Source: Takakia lepidozioides (lineage: Eukaryota > Plantae > Bryophyta). Taken from it: 64,000 bases of DNA. The position numbers were made by a program, and so were the translations under genes. The stretch lies in assembly GCA_030704615.1 (NCBI GenBank), contig CM060731.1, positions 32,488,001-32,552,000 of the forward strand, given 5' to 3'. This document shows positions 50,379-62,661 of the stretch, in pieces. A model generated the notes under the pieces. That model was not told the DNA's origin. It did no database searches and saw only the letters and a list, made by a program, of their open reading frames with translations. The stretch's first letter is position 1; each line of letters starts with the position of its first letter.

Positions 50379-53300
50379 GTGACCCCATCCGGAGGGAGAA
50401 GAAAGCGTCGAAGAACACTTTATTTCACATCAAACAAGCAAAGGGCACGCGCTAAGGAAAGGATGAGGAGGGCGAGATGGGAACTTAGAATGGGAGAGAA
50501 TCTCCGTGGAGGAGATGAGGACGAAGGGCAAAACCCGATTTTGCAACCACAGTTTGGAAAGGAAGGCCTTGAAGTGATTCCGGAGGCGACCGAAGAGCAA
50601 CCTCCAATAGAAGGGGGGGAGGACGAGGAAGTCAGCTGGGCTCGGGATGAAGCGCTGCGAGTGGAGAACCAGGTCTTGAGAGAGCAGGGAGGAGAGATGG
50701 ACGTGGGAACGCTGCCTTCTGCCGCTGTTTCGCACCACCGGGACCTGCTTGGAAGCATGCTGCCTCCAGACCTTATGAAAAAGTTGAATGCCTCCGGAGC
50801 ATCATCAAGTGCAAACAAGAAACCGGAGGTGGCTATCAACCCTCTTTTGCCCTTTCTTTTATTTGTCTGTTCCATGCTAAACAGAGAGGTCGACATCAAC
50901 CTTGCGTCAACGCAAGGTTGATGTCGACCTACAAAGTGTATGTTTTGGGCATGAAACGAGTGCAGATGCTGCACTCGAATCAACCTTGCGTTGACGTGAG
51001 GTTGATCCGTGTGCCTGTTTTGTTCGTTCCCACCTCCCGTATCCGCTTGGCAGCTTGCTGCCTCCAGAAACCATGGAAAAGATGAATGCTCCCGATGCAT
51101 CATCAAGTGCCAAAGAGAAACCAGAGGTTGCAATCTCTTTTTCCATTTGGTTTTTTTGTTTGTTGAACTCCATTCTGAGAGCTCGACATCAACCAAGGTT
51201 GATCGCAAGGTTGATGTCGACCTCCAAAGTGTATGTTGATGAAGGTGAAACGAAGTAGATGCAGCACTCGAATCAACCTTGCGTTGACGCGAGGCTGATT
51301 TGGATGCCTCTTCTGTTCACTCCCAGCATCCGAAGTCCGCTGCCATGAACCGCAAGGTAGGAAAAGTTGATTATGTAAAGCCCCCAAAAGAACCTTGATC
51401 CCACTATGCAGGATGATCTCCATGCCCGCGGTTCGACCCGCATTGAGGAACGACATCACGAAGTTGAAGAACGATTTTGTTCACGGCTATGTCAAGGGAT
51501 CTGCAGTGTTCTATGTATCCACTGTGAACACGAACGGAGAGGAGTGTCTTGTAACAGAGGACATAGAGCAAAGTTGGGATGCATGCTGGCAGGATGTAAA
51601 CAGGGAGTTCGAGTTCAAGCTGTCCACAAAGGCCTCCACAAATGTGTTCAGGGGAAAGATGTTTTTTGCCTGGGATGGGAACCATAGACTGCTTGCATGG
51701 ATGGATTACATTTCAAGCTTGCACTCGGACGAGATCGAATGGCACTGGAGCGTGGTTTCCATGGTACTCGACCACAAAGGACGTGTCACGGAGCTCTTGA
51801 CAGCCATGCACGACATAAACAAGTAAGTTACCAACATTGTTTCCGTTCCGATCTGCGTTTCCACAATTTGAAATCATCTTATGAGTTGAAGGTTTTTCCA
51901 GGTCCAATGAAACCTCCCATGTGACGACCAATCTCTGCCACACTCTATTCCGTATCCAGAAGATAGGGATGATGCCACTGGAGTCATTCACGAATGTGCT
52001 CAGTCCTCAGCAGATGAAGAGGTGTGCTGAAAAGAAGACAAGCACATGGTACAGCTTGACAAGGGAGGCTTTTCTTGACTACATGTACACGGTAAGCTTC
52101 TTGACATCCGTTTGTTTGTTGCTAGTGTAAATTTTATCAAGAAAAGCCAGTGTTTGATTCTTTCTCCCTGTAATGTATGCAACAAGAAATAGCAGAAACT
52201 GGTTTGAAGGCGAAAGCAGAGTACTATGCTTCCCACACAGAAGAGCAGAGGTCTGCAACTGGGCTTGAGGACATTATGAGATTCGATATGAACAATCAAA
52301 GGAAGAACCTCATGAGTGCGTTCGACAAACAAATCCGCATAGCAGATCCAAATCTTGGCACGGAATTTCTGGAGCAGGTGAAAGCACATTATGACAAGTA
52401 TGGCTCCAAGCCAGAAATGACCCAAGAGAAACTACATCACCTTTCCATTTCAATGGTGGACAATGCAACCAAAATCAGGTGGTTGGAGATCTGGAATTCG
52501 GATCCACTTGTGAGAGACACCAACATGTTCCCAACTCCTGAGATGGACTCGAAGACACAAGCAATAAAAGTTCTTAGCGACCACACATTCGACTAGTGGC
52601 TACACAAAGCAACCTTCTAGAGCCAGGTAAGGTTTCCACAAAACCATTTTCAAATGTTTGTGCACATCCGTACTCTCTCCCAAATTCTTATGATCTTTCT
52701 TGCTGCAGTTGGAAAAACGAGCGGTGGCTGCACTTGAGGAGTCAATGGCAGACTACAAAATCCAGATGGCTTGCCCCCGGATCATACTGGAGGCCTATAT
52801 CAGGAGATGGAAGCTCGCTGTCTGGAACAACTGCTTCTTCAGGGAGTTTGAGAGAGACAAAGGAATCTCCAGGTCCTACGAATTCAAAAACCAGTACAAC
52901 AGCGAGCAATCAATGAAACGAGTGTTGTACAGGTGTGACCTCCAAGAAACAAATCTGGTACTAGAAGTGTATGTTTTTTGTTTTTTGTGTCGTTTTTTCC
53001 ATGTAGAATTGCAAATTTGAAGGTTTTGAGGGAGCTCTGAGGGCTCTGGACGTGCAGCCGAGCAACATTGCGTTAACGTAAGCTTGTATCCCGTTGTTTT
53101 GGTTTCACTTTCCTGTACCTGGGGTATCCAATGATGTCGTTTTTTGCATGTGAAAAGGCAAAAACTGAAAGACAAATCAACCTTGCGTCAACGCAAGGTT
53201 GATGAAGGGCCAGACTATGTAGGTTTTCCTGTATTCTTGGGCTGTTGTTTGCTGTCGTTTCCAGTTCCACTGCTGCCAGGATGAACATAAAGTTTGTTTG

Positions 53301-54566
53301 GAGTCTGTTTGGAGTCTGTTTGAAATGTTGTTTAGAGCTTACACTGTACCAACAAACAGCCTTGCGTTGACGCAACGTTGTTTGACGGTATGGATTGCTA
53401 GAAATGTCCCGCAGGGATACCCTGATTTCCATACAATTGTAGGAAAGTTAAGGTTATCAAATACCATGGACAGGTGTTTTCAGCAAAGGAATTCAACCTT
53501 GCGTCAACGCAAGGTTGAATATCCATACCAGCAGATCTTCAGATGGTTGTTTTCTAGCACTGTTTTCCATTTCCTCTGTTAATGAAAACAACCTTGCGTT
53601 GATGCAATGTTGAATTCCGCTTGTCAATCACTGTCTCTTTCAATGCAACATTATCATATGTGTATCCGCCAATCTACTTTGCGTCAACGCAAGGTTGATT
53701 GGGGATTCCATGTTGTGCATGCGATGGTTTAGGATAATGGGCTTTCCCTCTCGTAAGTGCTCGTTGAAAGTACAGTTCTCCACATTTGGTGTTTTCCATT
53801 TTAGCTCGAATCAACATTGCGTCAAGGTAAGGTTGATTCGGGCTGGCAAAAGTTAGTTTCTCCGTGTTACTGACCTGCATTCCAATACCCTTTTCGTGAT
53901 GTGTGATCTGGGTCCTGTTCAGATCGAATGACTGTCTGGATTTTGGGTGTATGTGATTCAGGTACATGTATCATGTCCTCATACCGGGAAAGTACCTTAG
54001 CGATGACCCAAACTTCATCTACTCATGGGCTGACCCCTCCAATGACAAGACAATGTACACGGCTGGTATTGCCAGAGACTGGAGCAGGGCGCACTTCAGA
54101 GACTGTGGGTGGTACCTCGATCTGCCAAAACAGGACACACCATTCGATGAAGTTGTTTTGAGAAACCTTAACGACAACGCCGCGGCACTTACCCAATGGC
54201 TGACAAAGACATTCAAGATAGAATCATTGGTGCTCTGGCTGCAAAAGAGCCTAAGAAATCTGCTACTCCAAAACGGAAGGGGAAGATTGCCGGGGATCCG
54301 AAGGGGAAGGGGAAGAGCGCAGCTCCGCAGGAACAGGGCTCGTCAGAGATCGTGAAAGACAGCATTCTCCAACTAGGAGGGATAGGAGAACAGCAAAGTC
54401 GAGGGAGCAGCCTTTTGAGTCGAGAGAACATCCATCCAGGGTTTTGGGCCAGTTCCATCGTAAGGTGGTGAATGAAAGTTTTCTGGCAATGATGGAATCC
54501 AGGAAGTCCACATTCAAAGGGGTACCCTCGAAATCATGGGACATGCTTGTTTCGTTCCTCACTCAG
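50379..54566 (+). CDS. Multi-exon cargo gene of element 2 with a ParB/Srx-like N-terminal domain; 3' end not seen
   Basis: Exon 51395-51823 reads IPLCRM..VRP..DITKLKNDF..GY...FFAWDGNHRLLAW..MHDIN. Further GT-AG exons at ~51902-52091, ~52177-52627, ~52710-52932 and ~53962-54566. Divergent from the transposase. Confidence 0.6.
50887..53838. repeat. About 11 dispersed copies of palindrome TCAACCTTGCGT(CA/TG)ACGCAAGGTTGA, in intron-like segments
   Basis: Copies near 50896, 50980, 51189, 51273, 53063, 53177, 53358, 53494, 53589, 53673 and 53810. The first extends to 21-bp arms. Confidence 0.9.
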
Positions 54567-55304
54567 GTAAGCACATATGTCTTAACTGTTTGGTGGTGGT
54601 TGTGTTGCTGGTGGTGTTTGTGTTTGTGTTGTTATTGTTGATTGTATTGGTGTCTCTCGTTCGTGATCTTGCTCCTCTTGATCCTCTTCGTCCATGAATT
54701 CCTCTTGTTCTGGAATTTGGTGGCAGAAACTCCTCATAAATGTCTGTCACCAATTTCGCCAACTGGCACTTCATCTGCCTCACCATTGCCATGTTGAGCC
54801 GATGCTAAACGTGGCCGTGTGATATCGTGGTTCACGGCTCATGGTTACTACACTACCCACTACTGCTCTCGTGGTAATGTACTTTTGTCCCGCCATTGGC
54901 TAAGTACTGCGTACTTAGCCGTCTATGCTGAAGTGCTTGTGACTCTATCTGGTGGCTGGAATTTGGGTAATTCCCAGTGAGTATCTTTTTCAATACTCTC
55001 ATAGTACTACCAGCTTCCCCACATTGTCACGAACATGCGGTACAAGTAACTGCGAATATAAAAACTTGGGCATCCCATCACAATGATTACTGCCGGGGTA
55101 GGATTAATCTTCAATTGCCCCACTGCCCACATGTAAGCTACTAGCTCCTTGTATTCCAGGGGAGCCTGACGCCAGAATTGAACCAATTCTGCCCCTGACC
55201 ATGTCTCCTCCTTAGCCAGTGGCCTCATCCTATATCTCAGAGGAATAAGAGTTTGATTGAGCAGATGCAATTGACCCAATGATTTGCAGGGAGTTAAGGT
55301 TTTG

Positions 55305-55900
55305 AAAACCTTCTCCAGTATTTACGGAATTTTTTTCTTACGAGCGTTAAATTGTGTTGCTTCGCAAAGTTTTTGTCAATAAAACACGCTGAAGCGCCCG
55401 AGTCCAAAAGTGCTTCTACGGAGATATCTCGATTTTGCATCCTGATCTTTACTGGAACTGTGAAACAAGGTACAGGGTCTGGAGGTAGAAAGAGACATTT
55501 TTTTTGTGAGGAATTTGGGGTGTCCAGCCGCATGGTCCCTACTGTGACTGGACATCTTCGTTTTCCGACCTCCTCGTATCGAACACTTGAGTTGTGCCCC
55601 GAGCTTTGAATCTTCTCTTGTTGGGGCAGTTTAATGCTATGTGATCATTTTCTCCGCAATAAAGGCATAATCCATTTGAGCGCCGTCTTTGTTTTTCTTA
55701 TGGCGACAATGGCTTAAATCGGACAGCATTGGTGCCATAGTAGCAGCGGCATGGTGCGTCGTCGACCATGGCATGATTTGGAAATCATCCACTGCTACTG
55801 AAGTTGATGCTACCAGGACGCTTGGTAGTGTTACAGGGTTTACCTCTTGAGTAGATGGCCCTGTTGTGGCCTGTACCACTGTCTGATGAAGAAGGTTCAA
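55305..55900 (-). mobile_element. Ty3/gypsy gag-protease fragment
   Basis: Zinc knuckle GLCLYCGENDHIALNCP (~55680-55625) and protease ALLDSGASACFID (~55420-55380). Confidence 0.8.
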
Positions 55901-56924
55901 AAAATAAGGACATAGGCGATAACCGATCCGCGGTAATAGGGGGAGGGGGGGAGCACGGAATTAGGGCCTGCACACATGGATGCTTGCTAACGCGGCCAGG
56001 CTCACGCGCAAGCATTCCCCTGCGGGAAAATGCCACACTCCAAACAGGCTGTAGATAGCGTGGGAGTGGGACGAAATTTGGTGAGGGTCACCATTTCGAA
56101 GTGCCAGAGTGTGCTGCTGGGGGAGCATGATCCCGTTAGAAATTGGGAACCGCGCTATTTTGAAGATAGAGCGCCAGATAGAGCGCCTGTTGGGCATGCT
56201 CTTACATCTTGTAGCATGGCCTGTGGGGGTGGTCGAAAGGGGAGGATTAGGGGCAGTCCACCTCATAAGGAGTTGGGGGATACTCTCGGGAATATGGCAT
56301 TATGGAGTGAGAAATTAGTGACAATGGAGCAGCAAAAGGGATAAGTTTTAGGAACCTTTCATTCTTCTTGGAAATACAAATTGGTCATAGTCATGTTAAC
56401 CATAAGTACTTAGATGCAGATTTTGGTGTTACATAAAGCAGGGTTGCACATCCTACGGAAATTGATTCAAGTACATATTTTGGTGTCACGATCATAACAT
56501 GGAAATCTTTTCATGGAGCTGTGGGTGAAGAAATTGCTTACCTCACTTGTATTATAATCTTCCAATGATTCCGTGGGGTGCATTTGGCCTTGCACTTAAG
56601 TTGCATGTTGTCTTCGACATCATAGTAATTCGATACCATAGAGCTATACAGCCATGTATTCCACATATCGCCACATATTTGTAGTTGTTTGTTGCCATGA
56701 GAGTGGTGATTTTTACTAAACACCAACTGTCTGTTCCACCCAAGTAGAAGGTCTGGACCGCAAAATTCTTCAATGAATTCTAGTGTTGGACAACATACTT
56801 CCTCAATGAATACTAGTGCCATACCCGGGGCATGTTGAAAGACTTAATTGCCTTCGGATTTGTAGTACGGGCCGCCCTGTTGAAAGACCCAGTTGAGTAG
56901 GCCCAAATCAATGCCAGTAGCCAA

Positions 56925-58095
56925 GAGATCCCGGTCCTTCCTTCCTACACTTACCTGGGCGTTAAGTTTTCGTCCAATTGTAATTGGGATGCACATATCC
57001 GGAAAATTGTTCAAACTGGCAAGGGCAAGCTCTGGGGCTCACTAAATTTTTCCACTGCAGAGGGGTCAACTCCGAGGTTAAGAAAACCATGCTTTGTCGC
57101 GTTATTAGACCTGCCTTGGAGTACGGATCTGCAATATGGGTTGATAACTCCAACCAGGCTAAGTCTCTAGAATCCATTCAAGTGGGGGTGCTTAAGGAGT
57201 GTATGTCAGCATGCTCCAAAACAGCCAATGTGGCTATTCGGGGTGAGTTTGGCATTCCGTCCTTAAGCTCCCGACGAGATGAATTCAAGGTCAGATGGTG
57301 GGGTCAGCTGCAATATATGTCCAACACCAGATATCCCAAGTTAATCGACTCTATAGCTTGGAAACAGGACCGCCCTGTCAAACACGCTAAGTCCTGGCAG
57401 AAGAGAGTAGAAGAGATTCTCAAGGACCTGGACCTGGATCCGCAAGTCTTGACCCTGTTGGATAAATCTGACTTAGAGGCTGTAGTATCCAAAGCCATGT
57501 CTGTTGCCATGAGATTGTCTGATGAAAATGAAGTTAGGCAGAAAACTTCCCTGAACTTGTTTCCAGTCTGTGACATGGGGGAGGACATCTTGGATGACCT
57601 CAAGGGTCTACCCACTCTCGGCACTAGACTGAAATTTAAACTCAGGGCAGGAAGCCTACCTTTGAACAGCAAACAGAAGCAGAGAGGAAAGGGAGAGTGC
57701 AATTGCCCGTTGTGTGGGCAATCTGAAGACAGTATTCATTTTCTGATACACTGTCCGGGGTTCTCTCACCAAAGAGACGCTCTCTTCAAATCTATTAACG
57801 GAATTGTGCCTGTACCCCTGTTTACCAACTTTGAAAGTCTCGAGGCTGAGCCAAAAGCCCAGGCCCTCCTGAGGCCTAGTTTTTGGGCAAATCACACACA
57901 GCAGATTGATGCTTGTGTGAAGGGATCCGTGGAAAACCCGGATTAATTCTTTATATGGAGGTAAGTCTTACTACCAACGTCAGCCCTGACAGAGGTAGGT
58001 TCTGTCCCTTTTGTTCCCGCTCAAACTGGGCGCGGGGTCAATGGCCACAAGGCTACGGCAAACAACGTCTTATGAGTACAATCTCTCTCTCTCTT
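56925..58095 (+). mobile_element. 5'-truncated LINE (RT thumb region and C-terminal CCHC)
   Basis: YTYLGVKFS, IRPALEYGSAIW, AIRGEFG and CPLCGQSEDSIHFLIHCP; ends in a short (TC)n tract. Confidence 0.8.
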
Positions 58096-58106
58096 CCATT
58101 TCATTT

Positions 58107-58685
58107 CTCCATGTCTGTTGCTATGAGATTGTCTGATGCAAATGAAGTTAGGCAGAAAACTTCCCTGAACTTGTTTCCAGTCAGTGACACCTCAAGGGTC
58201 TACCCACTCTCGGCACTAGACTGAAATTTAAACTCAGGGCAGAAAGCCTATCTTCGAACAGCAAACAGAAGCAGAGAGAAAAGGGAGAGTGCAATTGCCC
58301 GTTGTGTGGGCAATCTGAAGACAGTATTCATTTTCTGATACACTGTCCGGGGTTCTCTCACCAAAGAGACGCTCTCTTCAAATCTATCAAGGGAATTGTG
58401 TCTGTACCCCCTGTTTACCAACTTTGAAAGTCTCGAGGCTGAGCCAAAAGCCCAGAATCTTCTCAAGCCTAGTTTTTGGGCAAATCACACACAGCAGATT
58501 GATGCATGTGTGAAGGGATTTCTAGAGGCTATCTGGAAACCCGGATCAATTCTATGTATCAAGGTAAATTACTACCAACGTTAGCCCCTAACAGAGATAG
58601 ATTCTGTCGCTTTGGTTTCTGCTCAAACTGGGCGCGGGGTCAATGGCCACATGGCTACGACAAACATCGTTTTATAAGTATATTC
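58107..58685 (+). mobile_element. Tandem partial duplicate of the LINE 3' end
   Basis: Near-identical to 57495-58080 with small deletions. Confidence 0.85.
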
Positions 58686-59159
58686 CTCTTCCTAGACAGT
58701 TTCATCCATTTATATAATGGAGGTGTTACTTGAGGGAGGTGTTACCTAAAGAAGGCTCATCATGTAAGTAGTTTTCATAAAAAAAGAGGTGACACTTGGG
58801 AAAGGCACAATAGGTGCTTAGCAATTTTTGACACCCTAGTCTCCTCTTTAGAATAAATAGGAGCCAAGCCTTTTACATTACATATGCATATTTTCTACAT
58901 ATATGCAAACTCATGAAAAACCAGTTACAAAATTAGCTCCAAGCCTCATCATCAAACATGGGCCCATTGCAATGAAGATTTTAATTCATATTGTATTTGG
59001 ACAGGATAGAGAGATGCCCGCCAAACAGGTGGTGGGCCCAGCAGTTGGGGTTGGGAGGTAAAGGAATAGTCCCCAGCCCTACCGTGGTTGATACTGATAC
59101 TTGTGTACAGTCCTTGTATTTATCCCCACACATATTGCTCCGTAATTGCTTTTGACAAT

Positions 59160-59515
59160 ACCAGCCTAGAGAATTGTGATTTGATTTCTTTCATAACCTC
59201 CGGTTCCGGTTTTCACAAAATCTTAGGATCAAAGAACCTCCGGTTCCGGTTTTTTCCGATATTTTTTATGGAAAGAACCACCGGGTCTAGTTAATTGTAA
59301 GAACCTCAAGGAACCGGCGGTTTCCATCAAATAACCAGCGGGTCTTTGGCGGATCTTTGACAGTTTTCAGGCTGGTTATCTCAAAACTACGTAACCGGCG
59401 GTTATGAGCCTTTGCCGGTTCTTTGTTTTTTTGAGAACCACGGTTATATATCCATATAACCTTCTTGATAACCTCCGGGGGTTTGTAGCTGAATCAAAGA
59501 ACCTCCCAACACTGG
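59160..59515. repeat. Non-autonomous repeat rich in AACC(T/G)CCGGTT motifs (MITE-like)
   Basis: Multiple ccggtt/aaccgg motifs and CAG...CTG ends; no TSD confirmed. Confidence 0.35.
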
Positions 59516-62500
59516 TAATGACCTGGGTGTTGGACGTGCCAATCAGGACATCCGGTTCTTAACCATACTATTACAAAAGTAAATACCAACTGGGTCAGTT
59601 CTTTAATACCCAGGTTGATAACCAGCAAGACCTACATACCTGCCCAACAATTTCAAGGCACCATTTCCCAAAGCCAGGTTGACTTACGCATTCACTTAGA
59701 TAGACCATGCCTGTCCCTTTCTGCAAGGGAGGGTTTGTTGGGTACAGTTTGCACTGGCACTGAAGTGGTAACAACGCACTCCCAACTCTCTCCATGCAAC
59801 AATAGCAAATCGGTCATTATTACCAAACAGAAAAAGAATATTACCCCATGAGGGATCTGGACTGAAAACCTCTCCATTGCGATGAGATCCGACATGCATG
59901 GTGAGCATCAAAGATGCATACCAAAGATGCCTCATCAGAATGAACAAGGTGGCAAACCTTTATCCACAGACTCGAAAGATGAACGAGAGAGAGAAGAAGC
60001 ATGCTGGTCTGGATGTATCCCCACCACAAACAATAGCTCTGCACCCAGCAGGCCAGGAGCATCACCTACTAACGTCATCTAACACCATGTTGCCCACATT
60101 TATATATCACACTTTTGGAAAGATAGAGAGGAAGAAAGGTAAGCATGGAAGGAAAACAGAGCAAAGTAGGAACATTTCACTAAAATATACATGACAGTAC
60201 CTGATCGATAGATGGCCGATCCCGGCAATCACTGACTGGTCCATTAGAATGCTCCAATCGTCCGTTTGCTCTTCTGTAGAGTAGGATAGTTACACAAGGA
60301 AGTATCATGTCAATTCAGCACACAGGTAGTTACAGTCATCACACATCTCTGATGGAGTGAACACAATGACTTCCTGAGTAAATTAAACCCATCCAAAAAC
60401 TGTCAACATGTAAAAATTGCTTAAATCAACTTAAAGTGCTGTCCTTCAATACATCTAAGTTGGTGAAAGCTACATAATTCAATGGAAGAGGACTGCCTGC
60501 CTGCAACTTAACCCAGACCAGCTCCTTGGCAGCATCTGGCCACAATGGATCTGGCCCCAAAATTGCAACTCTATTTCTAAGCCCACCAAAATGCATGACT
60601 CACACAGACAACCAGGACCTTGCCACCAATCAAACAAATCAGAACAAGTGCTGCTTGGAGGTGATGCATAGAAGTCTCATTAATGAAGGGAGGGAGAGAA
60701 GCGATAGACAGACATAACCAGGTCTGCAAAAGAAACAGCTAGGGACAAGACGTGTTTAAACACTCTGCTAATGAGAAGATTGAGAAAACTTCCACATAAC
60801 TTCCACATTCACAAGCAGCGCAGTGGTGTACCGATAAAGCTATGAATTGCCATGCAGGCAGTGCTTGCACTTAAGAGGCTACCACCCCTGCCTCTGCATT
60901 CTGCATCCCCTAGCCCTGGTTCTATTCTCCACCCCTAAAAAAGTACTTTATTCATAAGCAGTGCTTAAAGCTAAAAGCATGCATTACTCTTGCTTATTTT
61001 TAGTTACTGACACTGACCAATCCTATACTGCCTAGAGATAGAACGGGATTCCTCATGCTCAATCCCTGCTGCAAGAAGGTATCTTCTTGGGAGGTCTGAT
61101 GTTCACGGTAGTCAGCAGAGGACGCTGCTCAACAGACAATTAACAATCTTGGAGTACCAGGATAAGGGAAAGTGTGGAAGGAGCCTGACATGGCTAAGTA
61201 GATGTGCACCACCCGGGCTTCTTCACCAATCTTGTCAGCACCCCCTCATCTTCTACTTTGTGTGGAGTGAGAAACTGTTACCCCAATCCCCACTTGCACA
61301 GCACCGGCGGTGACTGACGACTTTCCACAAATGCAAGCCTTACTTTACCATGCCATACTGTCACTTTAATCACCACATTGAAACATTAGAACATTTAATG
61401 TTTCAACAGATTGTCCACCGTTGAATGCAGCTAATTGTCATAGGACTATGTAATACTAGTGCGCAAGTACATAATGGACCTACTACCTTCCTTGCAGAGG
61501 CCCGAGAAAACGTGAAAAGAAGAGACTACCATTCATAACGAGTGACAATGAGGGATCGGACACCAGGGCTGTAGGCAAACGTACACAGAACAAGTTTTGC
61601 CATGTGCCTCTAGTTCTTGCCATCACACGTCAACTGATTCCCGCTGCACCCTCCCAAAATCGTCCGTTTCGTGATGCTGCTTCAAATGCATGCCGAGTCT
61701 ATGATCACATCAATCTCTTTGCCACACTTACCTGTTTCCGCATTTACTTTCAGTTGCCCTCCTCAGCCATGTCCATGATGTCCGGGAGAGAGAGAGAAAA
61801 ATTCTTGCGCGCGTACCCGGCCGAAGTCGGCGTTGGGAAATGGCCACACGGTGCACAACAAGGCCCCTCCACAATGACTGACCTGCTGCGAGGTCCTGCG
61901 TGGCAGCTACATGTATGGGCCGCACGCAGCATGCTGTCCCCCTCTGCAGACACCCGTACCCTTAATCCCCAAAGCGGCAGCACTCTTGCATCTCTCCTTC
62001 TCGCCTACGGCCACATCCTCGGTACATCCATACTGCACGACACAAGCTTGCAGGTCCTATCTACAGGTATTATCCTCTATCTGGACAAACGAAATCTCTG
62101 AAGTCCTAGCTGCAGCCCAGGAGTTGCCAAGTGCTACCCTAATCGGAGAACCTTCCAAGTTACGCAAGAAACACTCATGTCCCTTCGAGACTACCGACAG
62201 GACAAAATACTCAAAAACAACGTTTGTCCAATGTTTCGGCAACTTCACAGATGCCACGTCATCAAAAGTTGCTGGAACCAGCGGAGCATCATAGCGTTTT
62301 CAGACGAATATGTGACAAATGGGTCCACTGGACAAGATATCGCGCTCAATTGTTTGGTTTTTTTTGTCAAGGTTTCTTGTCGGAGTATCGCACACAGCCA
62401 TGGAGCCTTGGGGAAGGGATCTCCTTGCAACACTTGCTCTTCAGTTTTCCATGTTCATTATTTTAGAGGCTATGTCGAGTAGACATTCTCTAGCAATCAA

Positions 62501-62661
62501 CAATCATCTCGAAACTCATTGATCATGCTTCACAGTCGGTATGAGGTAAAGAGCTTTGTGAAAATTGACTTCCAAAGTCGTCGTCATCTTCTTCCGAAAA
62601 GTAATCTTCTCGATTCATGCTTCACTTTGCTCTGGCTTCACGACCACACCTGTTGTAAACC

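Noticed and set aside
53063-53838. CRISPR-like array (palindromic repeats with unique spacers)
   Set aside because: Spacing is irregular (~85-180 bp), the repeats lie in a spliceosomal intron-like region, and no cas genes are present.
54100-54135. WYLDLPK as the catalytic DPPY motif of an MTase in element 2
   Set aside because: The match is too degenerate to call without a profile alignment.
13571-54566. Bacterial contamination explaining the MTase-like and ParB-like motifs
   Set aside because: Both genes have GT-AG introns and sit next to eukaryotic transposases, interleaved with plant genes.
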